Positions 1 to 7,281 of a stretch of 32,000 nt of DNA are shown here, piece after piece (positions within the stretch are counted from its first letter, which is position 1; each line of letters opens with the position of its first letter). Made by a program: the position numbers and the translations under genes. The notes beneath the pieces are model-generated. The model did not search any database. It worked only from the letters and a program-made list of their open reading frames with translations, and had not been told where the DNA came from. Source of the DNA: Idiomarina loihiensis L2TR (GTDB lineage: Bacteria; Pseudomonadota; Gammaproteobacteria; Enterobacterales; Alteromonadaceae); assembly GCF_000008465.1 (NCBI RefSeq), contig NC_006512.1, positions 750,001 through 782,000 of the forward strand, given 5' to 3'.

Positions 1-2
1 GT

Positions 3-1505
3 CGTTTTATTGAGTTTCAGGAGCGTGCTTACGACGAAGGCATGGAGGCCGCACAAAAAGCCAAGTTTGAAGGTTATCTAATTGGTGACTCAAGCGATCC
101 GTCGCGTGTAGAAGGTCTACTGGAAATCTTTAAACAGCACGGTATTAAAGCTTATCGTGTAGAAAAAGATATTGAACAGAACGGCACTCAGTTTAAAGCC
201 GGAAGCAGTTATTATATCCCTCTGGCTCAGGCTCAGTACGGTTTAATTCAGGGAATATTCAGTACGCGTAAGAACTTCCCGAACAATACCTTCTACGATG
301 TTTCAGGCTGGACTCTGCCATTAGCCTTTAACGTGCCATTTGAGACTCATCGTGGTCGTATTCAAATTGCGGATAATGCCTGGGATGCGCCAAAACGCAA
401 GACGTCGGCTCTCACTGATGCCTACGCTTACGCATTTAACTGGAACGATTACTTCGCTCCGGGTTTATTACAAGAGTTGCTGGAGCAGAACATTCACGTT
501 CGTCAGACAACAAAACCCTTCACTGTAGAAGGTGAACAAGGCCGTCAGGAGTTTTCAGCCGGTTCTATTGTTGTACCTAAAGCCTATCAGGAACGGGAAT
601 GGCGCGATGTACAACGTCGTCTGGCTACCGCAGCAAAAGAAAAAGGTATTCAGGTAACCTCTATCGAGACCGGATTAACACCTGAAGGTGTTGACCTGGG
701 TAGCCGCAATATTCAACCGGTAGAAAAGCCCAGCGTAATGATGCTGACCGGCGAAGGGGTTAACCTTTACGAAGCTGGGGAAACCTGGTACTACCTTGAC
801 CGCCACGTAGGTATTCCATTGTCGATGGTTGATACTGAACGTCTGCCCAGCGCTGACTTAACCCGTTATAGCCATATTATTATGGTAGACGGACATTACA
901 GCAATTTAGATAAACAACTGCGTAAAAAAATCCAAAACTGGGTAAGCCACGGTGGAACAATAATTGGTCAGCGTGGTGGTGCTGAATGGTTAGCAGAAAA
1001 CGGTCTTCTGCAAACTCGCTTTATTGATGATGCCGTCTTCCAGAGCGCTTTTACTAAAAAGCAGCTAAGTTACGAAGAGCGCGACGACTTCTACGCTGAA
1101 CAGCGAATTGCCGGAGCGATATTCTCAATGGATGTCGATACTTCTCACCCACTATTCTTTGGATTCCCGCGTGACCAAATGCCAGTATTCAAGAATTCGG
1201 CTGCCGCCATGGAAGAACCCGAGTCGCCTTTCGTTTCAGTCGCTCGCTATTCGGAGCAGCCTTTAATGAGTGGTTACACTGATGAGCGCAATCGCGAAAT
1301 ACTAAAAGGTAAAACCAATATTGCCGCCCATCGTTTAGGCAACGGTCAGGTAATTGGTTTTGCCGACAACATTAATTTCCGCGCCTATTTTTGGGGGACA
1401 TCCAAGTTACTCAGTAATGCTATTTATTTAGCTCCCCGTATTCAGGTTTACGCGAAAAAACTGGACGATAAAGCAGCAGCGGATGCCGCCGCTGAAGCCC
1501 ATTAA
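3..1505 (+). CDS. C-terminal ~500 aa of a large peptidase-like protein. It resembles the non-catalytic C-terminal region of M14 zinc-carboxypeptidase-family proteins. The 5' end lies outside the window.
   Basis: The frame of the 42..1505 ORF stays open back to nt 3 (RFIEFQERAYDEG precedes the first Met), so the gene is truncated by the window edge. The motif FYDVSGWTLPLAFNV is one I recall from M14-family proteins. An intrinsic terminator follows. Confidence 0.5.
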   Translation, partial: RFIEFQERAYDEGMEAAQKAKFEGYLIGDSSDPSRVEGLLEIFKQHGIKAYRVEKDIEQNGTQFKAGSSYYIPLAQAQYGLIQGIFSTRKNFPNNTFYDVSGWTLPLAFNVPFETHRGRIQIADNAWDAPKRKTSALTDAYAYAFNWNDYFAPGLLQELLEQNIHVRQTTKPFTVEGEQGRQEFSAGSIVVPKAYQEREWRDVQRRLATAAKEKGIQVTSIETGLTPEGVDLGSRNIQPVEKPSVMMLTGEGVNLYEAGETWYYLDRHVGIPLSMVDTERLPSADLTRYSHIIMVDGHYSNLDKQLRKKIQNWVSHGGTIIGQRGGAEWLAENGLLQTRFIDDAVFQSAFTKKQLSYEERDDFYAEQRIAGAIFSMDVDTSHPLFFGFPRDQMPVFKNSAAAMEEPESPFVSVARYSEQPLMSGYTDERNREILKGKTNIAAHRLGNGQVIGFADNINFRAYFWGTSKLLSNAIYLAPRIQVYAKKLDDKAAADAAAEAH

Positions 1506-1525
1506 TTAATAAATTAATAGAGATA

Positions 1526-1560
1526 AAACCGCTAGGATTTTTTGTCTTAGCGGTTTTTTT
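1526..1560 (+). terminator. Rho-independent terminator after the peptidase-like gene
   Basis: Inverted repeat AAACCGCTA (1526-1534) / TAGCGGTTT (1548-1556), followed by a T-run to 1560, about 20 nt after the stop codon. Confidence 0.7.
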
Positions 1561-1564
1561 ACAC

Positions 1565-1593
1565 TTGGATATATTGGTTGTTTTTCGAATAAT
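1565..1593 (+). promoter_or_regulatory. Candidate sigma70 promoter for the DUF1328 minigene
   Basis: TTGGAT (1565-1570), 17-nt spacer, AATAAT (1588-1593), about 48 nt upstream of the ATG at 1641. Sequence match only. Confidence 0.3.
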
Positions 1594-1640
1594 GGTCTAC
1601 CTTACTAATTGAATCTTCTAAATTAATCAGTGAGGTGTAT

Positions 1641-1814
1641 ATGTTACGTTGGGTTCTAATCTTTCTAGCCGTGGCTGTAGTTGCCGCTATTTTAGGTTTT
1701 GGCGGAATTGCCGGAACAGCTGCCGGAATAGCTAAAATTATCTTCTATATCTTTATTATCCTCTTTGCGATTTCTTTAGTCGTTCGCCTGCTTCAGGGGA
1801 ATAAAAGGCTTTAA
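1641..1814 (+). CDS. ytjA: UPF0391/DUF1328 small membrane protein (YtjA family), 57 aa
   Basis: Not in the supplied ORF track (under 60 aa). Translation is [57 protein letters not shown]. This closely resembles E. coli YtjA (LGFGGLAGTAAG core, two TM helices). A GAGG Shine-Dalgarno lies 7-8 nt upstream, and the gene is bracketed by two terminators. Confidence 0.8.
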   Translation: MLRWVLIFLAVAVVAAILGFGGIAGTAAGIAKIIFYIFIILFAISLVVRLLQGNKRL

Positions 1815-1851
1815 ATGTTTTAGCCTTTGTTAGATATTAGACATTGGTCGT

Positions 1852-1899
1852 ATGCCAACCGTTATTGAGTTTACGCTACAATAACGGTTGGCATTTTTC
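1852..1899 (+). terminator. Strong rho-independent terminator (or leader hairpin) between ytjA and the cstA-family gene
   Basis: Perfect 15-bp inverted repeat ATGCCAACCGTTATT (1852-1866) / AATAACGGTTGGCAT (1880-1894), followed by TTTTT. Confidence 0.7.
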
Positions 1900-1936
1900 G
1901 TTATCTGTCTAACACTACAACAATGAGGCTCTTGCC

Positions 1937-3616
1937 ATGAACGCAATCGTAATGATGGTTCTGGGTTTAGGCGCAATGTTTCTCGGTTATGTTTTTTACT
2001 CTAAATTTATTGCTGAGAAAATTTTTAAGCTTGATCCGAACTTCAGAACACCCGCTCACGAATTAGAAGACGGAGTCGACTTCGTCCCTACCAATAAATA
2101 CGTTCTGTGGGGCCACCACTTTACTTCTGTAGCCGGTGCGGCACCTATTATTGGTCCTGCCATTGCGGTTATCTGGGGTTGGGTACCTGCTTTCTTATGG
2201 GTTATTTTCGGTACCATATTTTTTGCTGGCGTACACGACGCTGGCGCGATCTGGGCAAGTAACCGTAATAAAGCCAAATCTATTGGTAACTTGACTGGCG
2301 ATGTTGTTGGCAAACGCTCTCAAACGCTGTTCATGATCGTTATCTTCCTTGTCTTACTAATGGTCAACGCGGTTTTCGCTACTGCTATTTCAGGTCTGTT
2401 GATTAAATTCTCCAGCTCAGTAGTGCCAGTTTGGGGTGCTATTTTTGTCGCACTTATTATCGGACAAATTATTTTCCGTAAATGGATGGGCTTAGGTGCA
2501 ATATCCATTATCGGTGTACTGGCACTGTACGCACTTATCTGGGCAGGTCCCTCATTTCCAATAGAATTGCCAGAAACGGTAATGGGTATCAGTGACAACG
2601 CGCAATGGGTTCTTATCCTGTTTGGCTACGCCGCTATCGCTTCATTACTGCCTGTTTGGATGTTGCTTCAGCCACGTGACTACATCAACGGTCTGCAGCT
2701 CTTCATTGGTCTTATTTTGCTTTACGGTGCCACGTTATTACTGGCTCCGGAAATTTCAGCTCCGGCCTTCAATAGCAATACCCCAGAAGGCACCCCGTCA
2801 ATGTTGCCGCTGTTATTCGTCACCATAGCCTGTGGGGCAATTTCGGGCTTCCACGGTCTGGTTGCATCGGGTACAACCTCGAAGCAACTTGATAAAGAAA
2901 CCGACGCCCGTTTTGTCGGATACTTTGGTGCGGTTGGTGAAGGCTCATTGTCGCTGGCGACTATCATCGCCGCCACAGCCGGTTTTGCAACATTAGCCGA
3001 CTGGGAAGCGGTCTACTCATCTTTCGGACAAGGCGGCGTATCAGCCTTTGTTGAAGGTGGCGCCAACATTATTAGTCAGGGGCTAGGCCTGGACATTGGC
3101 GTATCAGAAACCCTGCTGACGGTAATGGCTGTGCTTTTTGCCGGTACCACAATGGATACTGGATTACGTCTGCAACGCTATATTTTCCAGGAATGGGGAA
3201 ACTTGTATAACATTAACTGGATGCAAAAAGCCTTTCCGGCAACGATGCTAGCTGTAGGAAGCTGCTTATTGTTAGCCTTCGGTGCTGGCGGCGCAGACGG
3301 TTCCGGCGGCTTAGTTATCTGGCCTCTGTTCGGTACCACAAACCAGTTATTAGCAGGGTTGACCTTGTTGGTTATTACGGTCATGTTGGTGCGCTTAGGC
3401 CGACCAATGTATTACACCTTAATACCGTTAATTTTCCTGTTGATAATGACAGTCTTCGCTCTTATTGTTCAGCTTAAAGATTTCTATAACAGCGGTGACT
3501 GGTTCTTAATGGGTCTGGATTTAGTGGTGCTGGTTGCCGCTATCTGGATTGCTCTTGAAGCTAGCGCAGGCTTAACTAAAATCCGTAAGGAACAAAAAGC
3601 CCAGAAGCAGCAATAA
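1937..3616 (+). CDS. cstA: Carbon starvation protein CstA-family permease (short 559-aa form; peptide/pyruvate-type transporter family)
   Basis: N-terminus ...YSKFIAEKIF...DFVPTNKYVLWGHHFTSVAGAAPIIGPAIAVIWGWVPAFLWVIFGTIFFAGVHD is the characteristic CstA signature. The protein is polytopic and hydrophobic throughout. A GAGG Shine-Dalgarno lies 8 nt upstream. Confidence 0.9.
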   Translation: MNAIVMMVLGLGAMFLGYVFYSKFIAEKIFKLDPNFRTPAHELEDGVDFVPTNKYVLWGHHFTSVAGAAPIIGPAIAVIWGWVPAFLWVIFGTIFFAGVHDAGAIWASNRNKAKSIGNLTGDVVGKRSQTLFMIVIFLVLLMVNAVFATAISGLLIKFSSSVVPVWGAIFVALIIGQIIFRKWMGLGAISIIGVLALYALIWAGPSFPIELPETVMGISDNAQWVLILFGYAAIASLLPVWMLLQPRDYINGLQLFIGLILLYGATLLLAPEISAPAFNSNTPEGTPSMLPLLFVTIACGAISGFHGLVASGTTSKQLDKETDARFVGYFGAVGEGSLSLATIIAATAGFATLADWEAVYSSFGQGGVSAFVEGGANIISQGLGLDIGVSETLLTVMAVLFAGTTMDTGLRLQRYIFQEWGNLYNINWMQKAFPATMLAVGSCLLLAFGAGGADGSGGLVIWPLFGTTNQLLAGLTLLVITVMLVRLGRPMYYTLIPLIFLLIMTVFALIVQLKDFYNSGDWFLMGLDLVVLVAAIWIALEASAGLTKIRKEQKAQKQQ

Positions 3617-3636
3617 AAGTAACTGGAGTAAGTAGC

Positions 3637-3909
3637 ATGAATATACAGTCAGTGCGCCGTTGGTTCAGCCGGGCAAGTGATTTGGCAAATGAGTTTTATA
3701 ATGCGCCCTATCGCTCTGCTATTGCCCGGGCAAAGCGCGACGAAGACGATTTATTCATGCTACTGGTTTTTTCTGAAATGATGGGCGTGCCGAACCCGGC
3801 CGCCTATTATACTTTAGAGTTACAGCCATTAATGCTGGAACGTTTCCACGAATGGCATCAACGCATGGGGATGGAACACTCACCTCTTGATCACTTCCGT
3901 TGTTGCTAA
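3637..3909 (+). CDS. Small (90 aa) soluble protein ending in Cys-Cys-stop with a His/Met-rich tail. It is a CstA/ArsA-like-associated CC-tail protein, possibly the family RefSeq names cory-CC-star protein.
   Basis: The ORF lies 20 nt after the cstA stop, with GGAG about 10 nt upstream. The last 20 aa are HEWHQRMGMEHSPLDHFRCC (4 His, 2 Met, and the only 2 Cys in the protein). It sits between a CstA-family gene and an ArsA-like ATPase gene. The family name is from memory only. Confidence 0.7.
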   Translation: MNIQSVRRWFSRASDLANEFYNAPYRSAIARAKRDEDDLFMLLVFSEMMGVPNPAAYYTLELQPLMLERFHEWHQRMGMEHSPLDHFRCC

Positions 3910-3944
3910 TTTTATAACCCGACCAAAAGCAGGGTTCATTTCTC

Positions 3945-4955
3945 ATGTTGTTAAGCGATAAAAAAGTTTTATTAATTGGTGGCAAAGGCGGAGTTGGTAA
4001 AACAACCGTTTCTTCGGCTCTGGCAGTTCTTGCCGCCCGACAAGGCAAAAAAGTGCTGCTGGTTTCAACCGATCCGGCACACAGTCTAGCCGATGTATTC
4101 GATATGAAAATTGGCGATAAAAAAACTGTTATGCGCGAAAACTTAACCGCATTAGAAATTGATCCTGACCACGAAGTTAAGGCTCATATTGAACGCGTCA
4201 GTTCTCAAATGAAGCGTTTTACAAACCCCGATCTCTTTCCCGAAATTGAGCGCCAGATGCGTTTAACCCAGCAGTCTCCGGGAGCCCAGGAGGCTGCTTT
4301 GCTAGAGCGCATTTGCAACGTCATTGATGAAGCAGAGAAAGACTACGATTTGTTAATTTTTGACACAGCCCCGACCGGTCATACTTTGCGTTTACTGACA
4401 TTACCCGAGGCTATGGCAGCCTGGACGCAGGGAATGCTGCGCTCGCAAAAGCGCTCTGAAGACTTTGATTCAGTCCTTGAGCATTTATCACCCAAAGCTG
4501 GTAAAGATATTAATAACCCAATGGCGGACCCTCAAGACAATGCCAGCGACGGTATGTCCGACCGCACTAAAGCAATTACAGAACAACTATTAACACGACA
4601 GAGGCTTTTTCAACGAACCCGACGCTTACTGCAGGATAGCAGTTACACATCCATTCTGTTTGTGCTAACACCAGAACGTCTCCCTATTCAGGAAACTGAT
4701 CGGGCACTGCAGTCGTTAACCGCGGAGAAGTTACCCGTTGGTGGTGTTGTTATTAATAGAATATTGCCTGAACAGGCCGACGGCAGCTTTTTGGCCAAAC
4801 GCAGGCTTCAGGAAAAAACTTACATAGAAGACATTCACAAACGTTTTAAAGCATGGCGAAATTACTCTCTTTATCTATTAGAAGAAGATGTCCAAGGTCT
4901 TGATGCATTAGAAGCCTTTGCAAATAATCTGGAGCAAGCAGGATTTTCTGCCTAA
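3945..4955 (+). CDS. ArsA/GET3-family (SIMIBI class) P-loop ATPase, single-domain 336-aa form
   Basis: Deviant Walker A GGKGGVGKTT, plus STDPAHSL and the switch II / ArsA signature DTAPTGHTLRLL. It has only one Cys (ERICN). There is no CxxC Get3 zinc motif, and it seems to lack the ArsA metalloid-binding cysteines. Confidence 0.85.
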   Translation: MLLSDKKVLLIGGKGGVGKTTVSSALAVLAARQGKKVLLVSTDPAHSLADVFDMKIGDKKTVMRENLTALEIDPDHEVKAHIERVSSQMKRFTNPDLFPEIERQMRLTQQSPGAQEAALLERICNVIDEAEKDYDLLIFDTAPTGHTLRLLTLPEAMAAWTQGMLRSQKRSEDFDSVLEHLSPKAGKDINNPMADPQDNASDGMSDRTKAITEQLLTRQRLFQRTRRLLQDSSYTSILFVLTPERLPIQETDRALQSLTAEKLPVGGVVINRILPEQADGSFLAKRRLQEKTYIEDIHKRFKAWRNYSLYLLEEDVQGLDALEAFANNLEQAGFSA

Positions 4956-5028
4956 CTGCCATTTTTTTGTCATCGCTTTCTCTAATAATACGTATACAGT
5001 GTGATTGTTGTTAATTAAGGAGAAGACT

Positions 5029-6045
5029 ATGCGCGCTGTAGGATACAAAGAATCACTTCCGGCTGAAGATCCAAGTTCACTGCTGGATATTACTGTCGAT
5101 GATCCGGTTCCCGGAGCCAACGATTTACTGGTTAAAGTTAAAGCCGTAGCTGTTAACCCGGTTGATACCAAAATCAGAATGCGCATGGCGCCTGAATCTG
5201 GCCACAAAATTATTGGCTGGGATGCAGTCGGGGAAGTTGTCTCTGCCGGAGATAAAGTAACAGGTTTTAAAACCGGAGACCGTGTTTGGTACGCGGGGGA
5301 CTTGACCCGACCAGGTTGTAACGCGCAATTGCAAACCGTCGATTATCGCATTGTAGGCAAAGCACCGGAGAACCTCGATGACACTCAGGCAGCCGCCCTT
5401 CCACTGACCAGCATTACTGCCTGGGAAATTCTGTTTGATCGCTTACAGGTTGATAAACCTTCACCGCACAACAAAAGAACGTTATTAATCATTGGTGGAG
5501 CCGGTGGCGTTGGTTCGGTCTTAATTCAGCTTGCCGCGCAGCTAACCGATGTCACCGTTATCGCTACGGCCTCCCGCGCAGAGTCTCAACAATGGGTAAA
5601 AGCTCTGGGGGCTGACCACGTTATCAATCATTACGACGACTTAGCTGAGCAGATAGAGTCTGTTGGCGCCTCTCCGGTAACCGATGTGGCCTGTTTGACT
5701 CATAGCGAACAGTATTTCGCACAATGCATGAAATTAATGGCTCCTCAGGGTCGCTTTTGCCTTATAGATGATCCATCAGAAAGTATCGACATTACCCTGA
5801 TGAAACAAAAAAGTATCAGCTTGCACTGGGAGTTTATGTTTACCCGTTCTATGTTTACTACAGCAGACATGATAAAGCAGCAGGAATTACTGAACCATAT
5901 TGCGAAAATGGTCGAAAAAGGCCAAATTCGTTCGACTCTGGGTAAAAGCTTTGGCGAAATGAATGCGAATAATCTTCGGAAGGCGCATCAGGCATTAGAA
6001 AGTCAGAAAACCATCGGAAAAATAGCGCTAACTGTCGCTGAATAG
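5029..6045 (+). CDS. Zinc-binding alcohol dehydrogenase / quinone oxidoreductase family protein (MDR superfamily)
   Basis: MRAVGYKE... with GDRVWYAG and the Rossmann motif IIGGAGGVGS. I prefer the ATG at 5029 (AAGGAG 7 nt upstream) over the TTG at 5005 used by the ORF track. Confidence 0.8.
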   Translation: MRAVGYKESLPAEDPSSLLDITVDDPVPGANDLLVKVKAVAVNPVDTKIRMRMAPESGHKIIGWDAVGEVVSAGDKVTGFKTGDRVWYAGDLTRPGCNAQLQTVDYRIVGKAPENLDDTQAAALPLTSITAWEILFDRLQVDKPSPHNKRTLLIIGGAGGVGSVLIQLAAQLTDVTVIATASRAESQQWVKALGADHVINHYDDLAEQIESVGASPVTDVACLTHSEQYFAQCMKLMAPQGRFCLIDDPSESIDITLMKQKSISLHWEFMFTRSMFTTADMIKQQELLNHIAKMVEKGQIRSTLGKSFGEMNANNLRKAHQALESQKTIGKIALTVAE

Positions 6046-6046
6046 T

Positions 6047-6076
6047 TTTACAAACATACATGAATGTATGTATAAT
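6047..6076 (+). promoter_or_regulatory. Candidate sigma70 promoter of the RND operon with an embedded palindromic operator
   Basis: TTTACA (6047-6052), 18-nt spacer, TATAAT (6071-6076). A perfect inverted repeat ACATACAT-GA-ATGTATGT (6054-6071) fills the spacer. The adaptor-gene ATG is 39 nt downstream. Confidence 0.45.
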
Positions 6077-6114
6077 TCCGGATTGATATAAATTAATAGG
6101 TCAGAGGTAATTTA

Positions 6115-7269
6115 ATGAACACGCGTTTTAGGTTTGCCCCCATTTTTGCCGCGAGTCTTCTGTTAACGGGAGCACTAACCGCATGCAGCGACCAACAACA
6201 GCAGCAACAAGGCCAGCAGCAAGCAGCTCAGGTTGATGTGATTACCGTAACGCCTGAGTCAATCAGCCTTAGTACCGATTTACCTGGACGTACAGCTGCC
6301 TACCGAGTTGCTCAGGTGCGTCCACAAGTTAGTGGTGTATTGCTGAAACGGACTTTTGAAGAAGGAACTTTTGTAGAGAAAGGACAACAACTCTATCAAA
6401 TTGATCCTGCCGTTTACGAAGCAGAATTAGCCAGCGCCAAAGCTGAAGTTGAAAGCGCCAAAGCTGTGCTGCGCAGCTCGGAACTTCGTTATAAACGCTT
6501 TCAGGAATTACTTGAAGAGAACGCTGTCAGTCAAGACGAATTTGATAGTGCAGAAGCCACTTTTTATCAAAACAAAGCGGCTGTTTCAGTCGCTGAAGCC
6601 CAGTTAAAAAATGCCCGTATTAATCTTGAATATACAAAAGTCAACGCCCCTATTAACGGTGTCATTGGCCGCTCTAATTTCACTGAAGGTGCATTATTAA
6701 CGGCGTCGCAGACTGAGCCTTTGGTTACGATTAATCAACTGGATCCAATTTATGTTGATATCAACCAGTCCAGTAAGCAATTTATGGAATTACAGGCTGA
6801 TATAAAATCTGGCCGTATTCAGGCGAACGAGAAAGGTAACGCACCCGTTCGTCTAAAATTAAATGGTCTGGATTACGATCAAAAAGGTGAGCTGCTTTTT
6901 TCTGAAGTCAGTGTCGATGAGGATACAGGAGCAATTCTATTACGTGCTGAATTCCCTAACCCGGATAAAACGTTGTATCCCGGCATGTTTGTGCGTGCTG
7001 AAGTGAGTGAAGGCACTATTAACTCAGCCATTAAAGTACCACAAACAGCCGTAACTCGAGACCCCAGAGGACGACCTTATGTCATGCTGGTAAATGATGA
7101 CAAAAAAGTTGAACAACGGATGATAACGACAGAACGCGCTGTAGGCAGCAGTTGGTTAGTATCTGAAGGCCTTAAAGAAGGCGATACCGTTATCACTTCA
7201 GGTCTGCAAAAAATTCGTCCGGGCGCATCGGTGACTATCGATTCATCTAACTCTGAACAGCAGCAGTAA
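6115..7269 (+). CDS. RND efflux periplasmic adaptor subunit (AcrA/MexA-type membrane fusion lipoprotein)
   Basis: Lipobox LTAC, then a Gln-rich linker. Motifs YRVAQVRPQVSGVLLKRTFEEGTFVEKGQQLYQIDP and LEYTKVNAPINGVIG are typical of MFP/HlyD_D23-type adaptors. The gene lies 12 nt upstream of the RND permease. Confidence 0.9.
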   Translation: MNTRFRFAPIFAASLLLTGALTACSDQQQQQQGQQQAAQVDVITVTPESISLSTDLPGRTAAYRVAQVRPQVSGVLLKRTFEEGTFVEKGQQLYQIDPAVYEAELASAKAEVESAKAVLRSSELRYKRFQELLEENAVSQDEFDSAEATFYQNKAAVSVAEAQLKNARINLEYTKVNAPINGVIGRSNFTEGALLTASQTEPLVTINQLDPIYVDINQSSKQFMELQADIKSGRIQANEKGNAPVRLKLNGLDYDQKGELLFSEVSVDEDTGAILLRAEFPNPDKTLYPGMFVRAEVSEGTINSAIKVPQTAVTRDPRGRPYVMLVNDDKKVEQRMITTERAVGSSWLVSEGLKEGDTVITSGLQKIRPGASVTIDSSNSEQQQ

Positions 7270-7281
7270 GGGAAGTCAGTA

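Noticed and set aside
1828-1843. CRP-like site TGTTAGATATTAGACA upstream of cstA (E. coli cstA is cAMP-CRP dependent)
   Set aside because: It matches only about 7 of 10 core positions of TGTGA-N6-TCACA. Its spacing to the only decent -10 (TACAAT, 1877-1882, inside the hairpin loop) does not fit class I or class II geometry. This is too weak to call.
4930-4975. Possible terminator after the ArsA-like gene (GCAG-gatttt-CTGC, then a T-run)
   Set aside because: The stem is only 4 bp and the T-run is separated from it by about 10 nt, so it is not convincing. The 3' boundary of the transcription unit remains undefined.
4908-5207. 99-aa minus-strand ORF spanning the ArsA-like / oxidoreductase intergenic region
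   Set aside because: It overlaps the ends of two well-supported plus-strand genes, and has no Shine-Dalgarno and no recognisable domain.
6193-6222. CAA/CAG trinucleotide run (QQQQQQGQQQ) after the adaptor lipobox, and a second QQQ at the C-terminus
   Set aside because: It is interrupted and mixes codons, so it is not a pure slippage-prone tract. It is best explained as the flexible low-complexity linker common after the lipidated Cys of membrane fusion proteins, not a phase-variation repeat.
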